Shown: positions 12,330 to 24,958, counted from the first letter of the whole stretch. The stretch: DNA of 63,999 nucleotides, filler included, from Phoronis australis (GCA_002633005.1; 9 parts of 9 records of this genome joined end to end with filler, not necessarily neighbours in it), one strand, 5' to 3'. The notes: generated by a model not told the origin, from the letters alone. Translations and numbers: made by a program.

Positions 12330-13950
12330 AATAATGCAGACACAGTAAAGTGGAGGCAAGTAGATCAAAACCTGAACAGCGTTTTAGAGGTAGCAATGAA
12401 AGCACCTGCTCATAGAAGATTTCAACAATGACAGCATTGTATACAATGTCTACAAGGATCGATCTGGAGTGATTGGGAAGCGGAAAACTATCGAGCCACC
12501 AGCGAAGACAGAGATTAACAAGAGGCATCCGAGCAAAACTTCGACACTTTACCCAGGTCTGGAAGAGTGCTGACGAGCAGAAGTAGGAAAGCTTAGCGGT
12601 CTTGCATGAGGAGCTATGGGACCGTCTGCTTAACCTTATACAAGTACAGGAGTGACCCAAGGACGTCAACGCGAAGAGAGAGGTTCATTGAAAACCGTAT
12701 GGTTTTGTGAAACAGCTACTGGGTACCGGGATTTTCCGTTGATAAGTCCTACCAATGAAACGGCCATGAACGTTAATTCGGAGAATTTTTCCGTATTTCA
12801 AGGTGGGGAAAGATAGAGCCGAGGTGTCGTTAAGGGACTCTAAGAAGTGCTAGAGTGCAGATCATGATAGGTACAAAGTGGTAAGCGTTTGTGGCACAAA
12901 AATATATAGTTAGAACAGTGTGAGTGGGAAGACAAGGACCAGGTTTCGTACCAACTAAGAGGTGTAAAACGACAAAAAGAGAAGGAACGAAGAGAAATGG
13001 TGCTTAAAGAGATACGCATTGCTGAAGAAGAGAAAAGATGTGCTATAGCGGAGGGCTTAAAGAATCAGGGTGAAATGGACAACGTGGGACAGGTGTTTCA
13101 GAAAGAAGATCACTCCAAAGGATCTGGTGTCATCAGAAAGTCAGACTCAGCTTCGTGCATAGAGCAGTGTAGGACTAACTTCCCACACTGATGAATTTGA
13201 GCCTGTGGGTGAAAGCTGGAGACGACAGATGTGATAGCTGCGGGGAACCAGGAACTTTGCAGCACATACTGGCGGCGTGGAAAGCAGCGCTAGCAGAGAG
13301 CAAGTACACCCGGAGGCATAACCAAGTGCTGAAGGCCCTGCCACATATTCTGGACATTGAAAAGAAAGCAGACAAAATGAGCAGCAATGGAAGAAAAAAT
13401 CAACATCATGAAGGTTACTGCAGAACTGGGAAGTCGAGCAGGTCTTTCCAACAGATACAACAGAGACAGGAATGAGGCCTGATATAGTTTTATGGTCAGA
13501 CACCCTTAGGGAACTGGCCTTGTTAGAGCTAACAGAGCTATGGGAGACAAGATTCGGTGAAGCTAACGAGAGAAAGACGTTTAAGTATCAAGATCTGATA
13601 CAATACTGTACAGACAAGGGGGGTGTCACTACATTCCTGTGAAGGTTGGCTGTAGAACATTTACTACCAAAAGCTTATGGAGAATGGCAAAGATTTTGGG
13701 GCTCACTAAGACATCACGAAGAGAGCTCCTTTAGACCTGTTCAGCAGCAGCAGAAGCAGCATCAGCATACGTCTGGCTGCAGAGAAGTAACACTTGGCAA
13801 CATGACCGTCGCAAGACATGTGGTACCGGTCCACCCTAAGGGGACCCAGGTACTGGAGGTCGTACTAGAACAGGGCCGAAACGTCCAATGACGATTTTTA
13901 ACCAGCTACTAATGAGCGACAGTCAGCAGCATCGACATCGCCGTTTATAA
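12330..13950 (+). mobile_element. HERO-like (R2-group, restriction-like endonuclease) non-LTR retrotransposon relic lacking the RT core
   Basis: FIEN.YGFVKQLLG; zinc knuckle CDSCGEPGTLQHIL; YTRRHNQVL; RPDIVLWS...LLELT..WE....ANERKTFKYQDL; PVKVGCR.F. Confidence 0.8.
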
Positions 13951-14199
13951 GAAAGAAAGTAAGTTAGGCAAATGTCAACCTTCATGGACTTATTGCATGA
14001 AGGAATAACTCTATTTTTTCATTGCTAGTCTTGACAACTCTTTAAACACAATTTTACGCAACTTACTTTAGACAACTTAAACTACTCTATGACACAAATC
14101 ATGTTCATTCACTTTTAGTCCTTCCGATTTCCAATGCTTTTGGCAATTTAAAGCAACTTTTTTTTCTTTAGCCAAAAAAATCCTAGTCATTTTCATAAT

Positions 14200-14760
14200 C
14201 TATGGTGTATTTTAGACTGTTATCGAACATCAAGCATGAGCTATCCGAAGACACTTAGCAATTGATTTAAAAAGATAAATTTGATTATGCTGGGATTTCT
14301 GTTGCTTGATGATGAACCTTTTTTTAGAAATGATTTAGTTGTGACAGAAATTTGACGTAATAGCCTTAATTACAAGAGACTTGGGCATATACTGCTGATG
14401 ACTTCTATTTTGATGGTTATAATGTATTTGCCAGAATAAGAGGAAAGGGTAAGCGAGCTAAACGCACCAGTGGTGGTATTTTATTTTTTATTAAAGGAAA
14501 TATATCACACCTTTTTACAGTGCTAGAAACAGATTCTGGTAATGTGTTCTGGTTGAATTGTAATTTGGGAAACGACAAACAAATGGTCGCAGGGGTTATT
14601 CTTCTCCGAAGTTATTCAGTAGCGATTCCAAAATTTGATTTTTGATTGTACTGGATCAGATAATGACGTAACAGTGTGGGGTGACATGGATGCTCGCACA
14701 AGAAAACAGCCTTTGTTAGTAGGGATTGTTGATTAGTTTGGTTATATGGCATATGAGTGC
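14200..14760 (+). pseudogene. LINE ORF2 AP-endonuclease relic
   Basis: DFYFDGYNVFARIRGKGKRAKRTSGGILFFIK (R-x-SGG motif) read from ~14399. Confidence 0.7.
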
Positions 14761-16279
14761 GACTATAATTAAATAATTGATCTGTTAAATTTAGAGTCCA
14801 CAAATACATTTGACAACGCCCTTACCTTCCATAGGGCCAATGATGCTGTGGACCAATTGAATGAGTAAATCAAGCGTGCGTTCAGTAGACGCTAGGACCT
14901 ACGCTAGGACCTAGCTGAAACCTAGTCAACGTCACGTATTCTCATTTAAAATGCACGGCAATATCTCATGTAGTCTTGCGAAGTCTTACTTTTTAGCAAG
15001 GTCCGAGCGTTACTGTGTAGTCCATCATGTGGCGGTGTGCAAAAATATTGAATAGAAACCTAATGAGAAAATATTGGTTTGACAATGCGAATTACTTAAA
15101 ATTTGAAACAAAACGAGTTTAGGAAAATTCGAATCATTCAGACACAAAACTGCTTGCGACGACACCACAGGCCGGGCAATCCGGATTAAAGAAAACACCT
15201 TGGTTCTGTGTCACATATATACGTTTACTGAAAAAGCAACAAAACCACATTCAACGAGATATCAAAATCTACTGAACTGACTCTGTATACAGGATAACAT
15301 TCCACAATAGCTAAACAGTAAAACCCATAAACATTAGCTACACTAGCAGTTAAGTCAATTACAGACTAAACATAGTAAGCAACTAACGGACCAAACTCTA
15401 GGTAACTTTCCATAGTATGAGTGTTAATGCAGGAGCATTAGTCTTTTGTTTAGGAACTTTATGTCCACTAGAGGCGTTGTATGTACACCTTAGGGCGTTT
15501 CCAGAGTGCGTTGTAATTGCTGTCTATCCCCGCTCCTAGGTAATTGTTTATTGGGTAAATAGATGCTACTATTGTAATATAACCAATCACAGTGCAGTTT
15601 TGATGGTTTTTAGCTTCAGCAATCATTTACAGCGCTCATTTCGAATATTGCATGGTTTCAACATGTTGTAATGCAATGTAGAGAGATTATTAGCTGGGCC
15701 ACGCGGAAAACTCCAGTAAGTACATGTAATTCTGCTAAGGCTTTACGTTTAGTCTATTCATGTAGGTCTGCTGGATATTGTATGCCTAGGGTTTAATTAT
15801 TGAACTGTAACGGTTGCTTTGTGGTGGTTTTGTCTTATGCGGGGTCGAGTCCCGTGTACTAGCCGTATTGACTACTGGATAGGCCTAACGTTTTGAGAAC
15901 ATTGTTTGGTTCCGTTGTTTGACAAACTGTATTTATCGTTTGTAGATAACCGTCTCTTCAGGAATAAATCGATTTAAACGAAGCTGACGCGTTATTCTAT
16001 CGCCCACACTAATAATGAGAGAAAACAAAATAACAAAATTTCAACTTACAGAATGTGAAGCCCTGTGGCTGTCAAACCTAACATCTGTCTCACAAGACTG
16101 TCAGAAAACTAATCCACATGCAGTGCACCACACCCATGGTCAAACTGAGTACATCTCCATAACAATGGTTCAAAGACAATAGCTCAATGAAAATGAAGGG
16201 GCACACAAGACACACTACAAGAAGTAGATGAGACACCTGGTGGCTACACTGCAAATTACATAAACAAAACAAACCCTAA

Positions 16280-17040
16280 CTAGGTGAACTAACACTACTT
16301 TTAATGATTATGTTGAAAAACGTAAATTATACAAATTAAGAAATTCCATGCGAAAGTGATTATGACCAAATTGGAAAACGACAGCAAAAGAAACGTATAA
16401 AAAGAAATTTTGGAACCTGCTGAAGCTTTCACAAAGTACCGGCTCCAGCAATATACCTGCTTTGTTCATGGTTTAACTGTTTTAGAAACATTTAAAAAGA
16501 AAAGAAGTTTCCTGTGATGAATTTTGTATAGCTTTTCATTCTTATGTCGAGTATTTTGTAAACAATCGTGCAACTGAATATTTATCGTCGGCAAACCAGG
16601 ACAACCAAGAAATGAATCCCGAATTCTCTAGAGCCGAATTAGTTACTTGTCTTAAGCAAACGAAAACGGGTGAATCTGTGTGACCTGATGGGATTCCTTT
16701 ACAAATTTATAAATTCTGTACTTTAGAGTTAAAAGTTTTACTGGTTAAATTATATAACCATAGTATGGACGGTGGCGCCTATCTTGCTCAGTGAACCAGG
16801 GTCGTTGCAATGCCACTGTATAAAAACGGTTCAAAGCACGACCAAAACAATTATAGGCGAATGGCACTGTTGGATGTTTCTGGTATTTTTTTCTAAATTG
16901 CTGTGCAACCGTTTAAACAATTGGAGGGAAGAGAAAGGGCACATGGTCAGAAGCCCAAGTAAGCTTAAAAAACATATTCCACAACAGATAATGATTTCTT
17001 TATGCACACATTGATAACTAAGTATCTTTTGAAAGATAGA
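16280..17040 (+). pseudogene. LINE ORF2 pre-RT and N-terminal RT relic
   Basis: PDGIP..IYK; LYKNGSKHDQNNYRRMALL..SKLLCNRL. Confidence 0.75.
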
Positions 17041-17632
17041 GCAATAAATAGAGTAGAGGTGTAACATCTACCGAGAGGATTTAAGATACTTTGTCTGGCG
17101 AACGCTGATGAACAGTTTCAGTTCTGTCAGCGACAAGTTCATCATCAAGATAAGTTTCTAGCACTTGTATTTAAGTAATCGGTTTTCAACCTGACTGTGT
17201 TGTTCTTTTTACGGTTTCAACAAAACTTGCTAAAAATATCGTGAAAACATCATTGTAAACAGCGGTTCAAGTACTCATCTTAACCCCAAGAGCGTCTAAT
17301 GCAGGTACAAAATAGTTCACACGCAAAACGTGTTTCACAAATTCTTCAGCAACTTCCACTGCGTTTAATAGGCACATATTTTGTTTCATGTGGGCAGAAT
17401 TTTGCAAAGCTGTCAACACTTGAAAATGAAAAGGTGGGGCACTGATTCTCGCACTATGTCTCGTACGATCTTGCAGACTTGTGCTTGATGTACATCATGA
17501 ATATGAAAGGACTCTATTATGCATTCATGTGCGTCTGTGTGTGAGGGCGTATGGACGTTCGTCATCTGCTGCTATATGGCCTTATTAGGATCGTCGTGAA
17601 GTTTATCAGCTGTGGCCTATGAAATTGAAGAT

Positions 17633-18331
17633 TGTCACGTTTTTCCCCGTGTGTGGGTGAGTGCAGGTTGTTACAGACCGGTGCTAATAGCTTTCCGTGC
17701 AACGATTGACTGAAGACTGGTTCGAGTTAATCCTTTATTAATCCCGACCGTACGTTCACAAGCCTACTCAAACAAAACGTCCGACGTAATGTCTGTTTAT
17801 GCTCCAGCCAATGCTGCGAAGCCTTGACTTGTGATGAACTTCTGAGACACGTTCAGTAGCTGTTAACTCGTCGATTCAATAACCTGCTGTCTCTATAGCT
17901 GGCTCTCTATTGACTATCGCTGTAACTGCTGATTCTCTTCACTGTAACTCAACTGTAATTCTCCTGATTAACTTTCTTGAACTGACTTGATCTCTTTTGA
18001 ACTGACTTGATATATCTGACTTGATCTGACTAACACAAACCCGTGCTTGTGTATTTGTAGCCTAATGCATTGTTCTGGAACTTTACATCATTTCAAGCAC
18101 ATTCTAGAACTTTCCTGAATCTACCCAATCATTCTACAAACATTTACTAGTCTCTAGAATATTCCAGACTGCATTAACCACTGTCATGCTAGAGTCTTCT
18201 TGAAAGTTCCACATTATACTGTAGTAAACAAATTACATCGTCACTGTACTTAACTCAGGGGCCATGCCAATCAAATAGAACAACAAAACAAAACAATACA
18301 ACTAAAAATACTGTCGGACTATTTTCTGACA
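17633..18331 (-). repeat. 3' LTR (699 bp)
   Basis: TGTCAC...CTGACA, direct repeat of 22895-23658. Confidence 0.95.
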
Positions 18332-18345
18332 ACACACCCCTGCCA
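18332..18345 (-). promoter_or_regulatory. Polypurine-tract-like segment
   Basis: TGGCAGGGGTGTGT on the minus strand abutting the 3' LTR. Confidence 0.6.
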
Positions 18346-18416
18346 AAGAGAAAATTACTCTATAATTTTCTAACACAAAATCATCTGGCATATATAACCT
18401 GCCTCCGTATCCGTCT

Positions 18417-19825
18417 CTAAAGTGCTACTTGACATAGAGGCTCTGTAAGTCGACTTAAGTAGTCTGCACCGACATCAGATTTTCCTGGGATATCTTCCAC
18501 ACGGAAGTTATAGTTCTGCAGCGCTATAGCCCATTGCATAACTCTGGGACTTTTAATCTTACAACTCTGAATATATACCTGTGGTTTGTGGTCTGTTTGC
18601 ACCACGAATTCCGTCCCGTAGAGATAAAACTGGAAACGTTTAACAGCAAACACTATCACTAAACATTCTTTCTCTTCTGTAAAATAATGCCGCTCGCTCT
18701 CTTTAAGCTTCCGGCTGGCATACGCAATAGAGAATATCCCATCGTCAAACTCCTGAAGTAAAACTGCCCATAAACCAGCGTTTGACGCATCCGTCTTGAC
18801 GATAAATCTCTGGCTGAAGTCTGGCACTCGTAGGATTGGGCTACTTCCAAGCGCTTGCTTTAGCTTCTTGAATGCCTGTTCATGAATATCAGTCCACACG
18901 ACTTTCTTTGGTTGGCCCTTCTTCAGTAAATCAGTCAACGGCGTGGCTATCTGCATAATTAGGCACAAAATTCCGACAGTACCCTGTAAATCCTAGGAAT
19001 GACCGTACTTCCGTCTTAGTAGATGGCGTTGGTGCATCCTGGATCTTCATCAGCTTCTGGTCTTCCATAGCTATCTTGTTCGTCCCAACCTGATGTCCAA
19101 GGAACTCCACCTCCGGATATCCAATGCTGCACTTTGACGGTCTTGCTGTCAAGCCTGCTTGTTTTACTTTCTGAAACAAGTCTCTCAGTGTACGGAGATG
19201 TTCTTCCCAGGTGACAGTGTGGAGTAGCACATCGTCGACATACTGCTCGATATTATCTGAGCTTGCTGGCATTCTTCTCATCATCCTGTTGAACGCGGCC
19301 GCTGAATTCACCAAGCCAAACGGCATTCTGCGAGTTCTCTTTACTTGAGTCTCTTTACTAGCTTCATCCATAGGAATTTGCCAGTAGCCCTTCGTGAAGT
19401 AAAACGTCGAGAAGAAACGTTGACCATGCAGAATAGCCATACTAGCTTCTGGGTTACCCATGGCCTCGTTGTCAAACTTGGTCACTGCATTCAGCCGTCG
19501 GTGGTCAACACAGAACCTTGTGGTGCCATCCTTGAGCCACCAACACTACAGGAGAGCTGTAAGCTGAAGTCGAAGGCTCAATGATGTTGATCTTTAACAT
19601 TTCCTGCATTTCCTTCTTCACTATGTCCCGAGTGGTGCATGGCATCTGAAGTGGTCTCACTCTCACTGGTTGTTCTGTTGTCAACTTGATGACGTGGCTG
19701 GCCAAATCGGTCTCTCCAGGCTGATTGGTAAAGATGCCACGGTAATCATAAAGAAGCCGTAGTGCCTGCTCACGTTGTTCTGACGTTAAGGAATCGCACA
19801 GCTTAAACGTCCTTGTAGGTTTCAC
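18417..19825 (-). pseudogene. Gypsy RT and RNase H (frameshifted, small internal deletion)
   Basis: IIEPSTSAYSSPVVLV, KGYWQIPM, MPFGLVN, YVDDVL, VRSFLG, TDASN.GL.AVL, YASRKL, EKECL, TDHKP, ADYLSR. Confidence 0.93.
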
Positions 19826-19889
19826 TGTGAACCTCCGGTCGAAGCTCTAAGCCGCCTTCATCAAGAAGGGTCGCTTCGTCAGTCACACA

Positions 19890-21615
19890 CTACTCATTTA
19901 ACACCGCACCGATTGCTTCATCTTTACCTGTGATGTTTTCAGCTTCGCGTTCGTGATACACCTTCAACAGATTGGCATGGAAGATCTTTATCTTGCCGTT
20001 CATGTTGATTCTGTAGTCCATTGACTTTTTCTGTAACCTCATAAGGCCTCTTCCACTGCAGAGTAAGCTTGTTGTGTTCTGTGGGAAGTAATACCAACAC
20101 TCTTTGTCCCACTTGAAACTGCCTATCTCTGGCCTTCTTGTCGTAGTAATGCTTATGAATACCTTGTGCATTGTACAAACTTTTTCTAGCCAACTCGCAG
20201 GTCTCCTCTAAGTGGTTCCTGAGCTCGAAGACATACTGATAAGTATTACGAACTTCGTTGCTGTCTTCCCCAGTCCAGAGTTCGCTCAGTATTTGCATCG
20301 GACCTTTTACTGTCCTGCCGTATAACAACTTAAAGGGTGAAAATCCTGTGCTTGATTGCAAGACTTCCCGGTAAGCAAATAGGACAGCTGGCAGGTACCG
20401 GTCCCACTCCTTTGGTCTTTCTTGACACATCTTCTTCAGCATGGTCTTTAGAACACCGTTGATTCTTTCACAGAGCCCGTTACAGCGTGGATTGTAAGGG
20501 GTCGTGTACACCTGCTGTGCATTCACAAGCCTGATGACCTCCTTCATCAGTTCCGCTGTGACCTGCGTTCCACGATCACTCTGGATCTCTCGTGGGAACC
20601 CTACTCTACTGAAGACTTCTAATAATGCTTCAGCCACATGCTCTGTCTCAATCTTCGGTAGCGCCACTGCTTCTGGATACCAGGTAGCGAAATCTACCAC
20701 CGTGAGAATGTATCTGTTTCCCTTGTCGGAAACTGGAGTTATAGGATCAATCAGTTCAATCGCGATCCTTTTGAAAGGTTGTTCCATCAAAGGCATCTCT
20801 CCCAGTGGTACCTTGGTCACTCGACCTTTCGGGATTGTCTTGTGGCAGATGTAGCATGATCTGCAGAATCGGGTCACTTCTGATGCCACTCCTGGCCAAA
20901 AGAAATTGCTGGTGATACGGTCACTTGTCTTCCTAATACCGAGGTGTCCACCGAGTTTATACTCATGAGCAAGCCTCATCTCTGACTTCCGTAAACTGTT
21001 CGGCACGACAACTTGTTTAACTTCGTCACCGTCTTTCTTCTTGAATATCCGATAGAGTATTCCTTGTTGGACCTCCATCACATATGACCCCTTGCCTTTG
21101 GTCTGTCCCTGAACTTTGGCTTCAGCTTGCTCCCACAACTTTTCCATTGATGAATCTTTATGCTGGGCTTCTTTGAACTGCTTTAATCCCACCTCTTGTA
21201 TAGTCGGAGACACAGGTAACGGCTTAATGTCCGCTTTTTGTCGCTCTACTTGAGCCCTGGTGGTCACTGCTACCGCTTCCCTGCTGGATTCATCAGGATC
21301 TGTTTCTACCGACATGTCGGCCACCTCTTCTCCCTCTAGAGTTGAGATCACTTGCTTCTTCTCTTGAGAAGTAGTACCTTCTTGAGAGTCATCTTTCGGA
21401 CCTTCCACAAGGCTATTGCCTGTACTGTCCTCGTTGGCAGTTGTTGCTCTCTGCTGTCGCTCAACATCCCCTGGGTTCAAGGCATCAGGTACGTTCCCGA
21501 TAATCAAATCTCCCACTGGACGCTCCATGCACATCGCAAACACTTCTCCCGTGTAATACGGTGTCTTGATGTTGATCCTGGCGACAGGCAGCCACCTCTT
21601 GGTCCGCCAACTCAC
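19890..21615 (-). pseudogene. Gypsy integrase (HHCC zinc finger and catalytic core)
   Basis: LAHE..GGHLG..KT..FFWP..CRSCYIC; core RIAIELIDP / SDRGTQ / NGLCERIN; STGFSPF.LLYGR; first catalytic Asp appears changed to Glu. Confidence 0.93.
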
Positions 21616-21742
21616 ATGACCATTTCCAGCAGGTCATATCTCCTGGTTTGACTAGACTGGACCGAACCAGAACGGTCGTGCAGCCTGTGTCTCTCAATAC
21701 TGAGACCTTCTTCGTGCCAACATACCCCTCCTTAAGACACAA
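21485..21742 (-). pseudogene. Retroviral-type aspartic protease fragment
   Basis: VLRDTGCTTVLV motif. Confidence 0.85.
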
Positions 21743-21760
21743 CTATCCTTTGACGGCGCG

Positions 21761-22819
21761 TTAAGGGTTAGCACTCTTCATCGAATCCTCCATATACTGG
21801 GAATCTCTGTGGTTGACCGCTGCTGACTTTTGGTGTTGCATCCCTTGTGTCCGCTTCCGACAGACTCTAGCCAGGTGTCCAGTTTTGTGACAGAAGAAAC
21901 ATCTTTCCTCTGCAAGGTCAGTTTTCTTCTGGTCGACTCTCTGGTTGTCTGTCTTGACTGGTCGTTCTTGGGATTTCTTCGACTGAGTGCTCGTTATATC
22001 CACTCCATGGGCCTCAATTTATCTCTCCGCTACACCCACTATCTCTGGAACTGACTTGGGTGTCCGCTCTCGCAGGAACAAAGCCAAGTCTTTAGTACAG
22101 GTGTTAACGTACTGCTCACGCACTAACAAGTCTCTCAACTCGGCAAAGTCTTTGTCACAGTCGGACATGTCGATCCACCTGTCCAGGTAGCGCTGTATGC
22201 GGGCCATAAACTGATAAGCCGTCTCACCCCTTTCAGTCCTCGCTTCCCGGAACTGTCTGCGAAAGCCCTCCTCGGTCAGCTCATAGCGCTTTAGCAAGGC
22301 TCTTTTGAGTGTAGCATAGTCTAGTGCATCAGCCATAGGAAGGCTAGTATAAACCTGCAGGCCCTTACCTGTTAACAGGGGACTGAGACTAATTGCCCAT
22401 TCACTCTGTGTCCAACCCTGACTCTCTGCGTATCTTTCAAACCTTTCCAGGAAGTTGTCCATATCGTCCTGCTTTTCGTCAAACTTAGGTAGCTTCGGAT
22501 TTACACCACCAGTTGGTCTAACATGGCTACCCTCTGCTACAACCTGTTCAGCTTTCAGTGCTGCTAGCGCCCTCTCGAGTTCCATTCTTTCTCTCTCCAT
22601 CTGCTGTTCGGCTTCTCGGGCTTGCCTCCTCTCCTCGTCCTCACGAACTTGTCTTCTCTCCTCTGCCTCATCCTCTCGCGCCTGCTTTCTCTCCTCAGCC
22701 TCAGCCTCAGCACCCACCTCAGCTTGTTGTTTCTCAACAAACTGTCTGAGATTGTCTCCCTGCAGACCCATTTCTTGTCCGAGGGCCATCAACTCTCTTA
22801 GTTGAGATCTTGTCTCCAT
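21761..22819 (-). pseudogene. Gag with coiled coil, SCAN-like capsid region and CCHC knuckle (frameshifted at ~22019)
   Basis: PKLPKFDE..FERYA..W..LLTGK; YELTEEGFRRQFR; EQYVNTC..L..FLRERTPK; CFFCHKTGHLARVC. Confidence 0.9.
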
Positions 22820-22874
22820 AGTGAGTCGCTAATTCCGTAAGTTCACTTTATCACACCTTGTTACCGTCAGTAAG

Positions 22875-22892
22875 CTCCTGGCGTGCTCGCCA
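22875..22892 (-). promoter_or_regulatory. Primer-binding site, probably tRNA-Arg(ACG)
   Basis: TGGCGAGCACGCCAGGAG two bases inside the 5' LTR; similar to the complement of the animal tRNA-Arg(ACG) 3' end (TGGCGAGCCAGCCAGGAG in human). Confidence 0.75.
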
Positions 22893-22894
22893 AT

Positions 22895-23658
22895 TGTCAC
22901 GTTTTTTCCCGTGTGTGGGTGGGCGCAGGTTGTTACAGACCGGTGCTAATAGCTTTCGGTGCGACGAGTGACTGAAGACTGGTTCGAGTTAATCCTTTAT
23001 TAATCCCGACCGTACGTTCACAAGCCTACTCAAACAAAACGTCCGACGTAATGTCTGTTTATGCTCCAGTCAATGCTGCGAAGCCTTGACTTGTGATGAA
23101 CTTCTGAGACAAGTTCAGCTACTGTTAACTCGTCGATTCAATAACCTGCTGTCTCTATAGCTGGCTCTCTGTTGACTATCGCTGTAACTGCTGATTCTCT
23201 TCACTGCAACTCAACTGTAATTCTCCTGATTAACTTTCTTGAACTGACTTGATCTCACTTGAACTGACTTGATCTCTCTGATTTGATCTGACTAACACAA
23301 ACCCGTGCTTGTGTATTTATAGCCTAAGGCATTGTTCTGGAACTTTACATCAATTCAAGCACATTTATAGAACTTTCCTGAATCTACCCAATCATTCTAC
23401 GAACATTTACTAGTATCTAGAATATTCCAGACTGCATTAATCACTGTCATGCTAGAGTCCTCTAGAAAGTTCCACACTATACTGTAGTAAACAAATTACA
23501 TCATCACTGTTCTGACCTCAGTCTTCTAGAATGTTTCACACTATTTTGTAGTAAACAAATTACATCATCACTGTACTTAACTCAGGGGCCATGCCAATCA
23601 AACAGAACAAAAAAACAATACAATACAACTAAAAATACTGTCGGACTATATTCTGACA
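22895..23658 (-). repeat. 5' LTR (764 bp) with an internal ~65-bp tandem duplication
   Basis: TGTCAC...CTGACA, direct repeat of 17633-18331. Confidence 0.95.
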
Positions 23659-24879
23659 AAGATGGATGACCACAATTTAGGACAGATGTGATTACGACTA
23701 GGAGACAATTTTAAGTTTTTGCTTTTGTCTCTACACCTACCTCCTGCTAAAATTTCATGAAATTTGATGGATATAAAAATTTTATTAGCGAGGTGATGCT
23801 ACTCATATTTTTGTGACCAGCTGACTACTGCTGCACTGCATTGAGACAATGTTATCATATTAGTTCCGTTCTTTGGTGTCAGCTTCTCGGCCAAATGGTT
23901 TCAAGAATCATCGGGAAAATTGAGGGACAATCTTGGCTTGGAATTTTCTACTTTTAAGAGGATTTCCTCTTTTCTGGTTTCAATTTCCTCTAATTTTATT
24001 TCCAGTTTCCTCTTTCATCATCTCGTTTTTGTCATTATTATTTTACCCTATTCATGCAAAAACGTTTATTTCTGCAGTTAAATTTTACAACACAAAAAAT
24101 ATTTCTATCACGCAAGCCTACTAATTTTTGGAACGATACGTCACCTGGAAAATTTTCCTGTTTTTGATATTGGTCATTCTAACCCCAGGATAATACAGGA
24201 GCATGACTGACGTTGATTTTGGATGGATGTGAATACCACTATATCGGCTAATAGAAGTATCATTTTTCGTTTGCTTCAATGTGTACCCAGTTCTTTAAAA
24301 AATGGTCATGGAGTTTGGTAGTTGTGTTCCTATTAATTAGAGCAACTTGCTCTTGAGAGATCAGTAATTTAAATGAAGCTGTCACATTTTGAACGGCTGA
24401 CCAGTCCTGGTTTTCGAAGCATTTTTTGACATGTAAAAGCTGCGATTGGTCGTTGAGGCAACATAAATAACCGAAAATGTATTAATTACATACTTATGTA
24501 TACTGTAATGAAGCGTATTAGCACCTGGGCGTTTAATTTTTCGAAGACATTTTGACCCGGCATTATTCAACAAGGTCAACAACGGCGTTCATTCACTTTT
24601 GACTTGTGTTACGATTTGCATGGTATGTTGGATGAGTTTTAATAAATAAACATTGTTTTAAACAGTATTCGTTTCACTTGAAAATGACTCATATCCAGAC
24701 GAGTGCGAGACTGGCTTCTTTATGTTACATACGTTTTTAAAATAACCTTAACGCCACTCATAATTTATAACGCTTGTATTAATTTCCACGGGCTATGTTG
24801 ACTTATATTAACCCCTCCTATCCAGTAAAACAGTAAATTTTCTTGTTTACCGCCCTCGGCGCTTACATTACAATGGTGT

Positions 24880-24958
24880 TTTTAGCTGACCTTTTCCCGG
24901 CACTTATTAGAGACCCGCGTTTATTAAAGGGCCGGCGCTAATACGTAACACTACGGTA
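24880..24958. mobile_element. Right end of a TA-targeting (Tc1/pogo-type) non-autonomous element
   Basis: Subterminal CCCGG..TTATT repeats ending in TACGG|TA, the same terminus type as 37185-38628; left end not resolved. Confidence 0.45.

Larger units (their letters stand above)
17633..23658 (-). mobile_element. Full-length, inactivated Gmr1-like Ty3/Gypsy LTR retrotransposon
   Basis: Two TG...CA LTRs, 5-bp TSD AAGAT (17628-17632 and 23659-23663), PBS, PPT-like tract, domain order gag-PR-INT-RT-RH. Confidence 0.95.

Noticed and set aside
15664-16015. Possible solo LTR or tRNA-SINE (TGTTGTA start, B-box-like GGTCGAGTCC, AATAAA)
   Set aside because: No clean CA end, TSD or A box
17095-17170. 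Hammerhead-like words (TGATGA...GAAAC.GTT on the minus strand)
   Set aside because: Stem I cannot be formed and the core is imperfect
20504-22805. Plus-strand ORFs (20504-20854, 21352-21651, 22455-22805 and others)
   Set aside because: Antisense shadows of the Gypsy gag/pol frames
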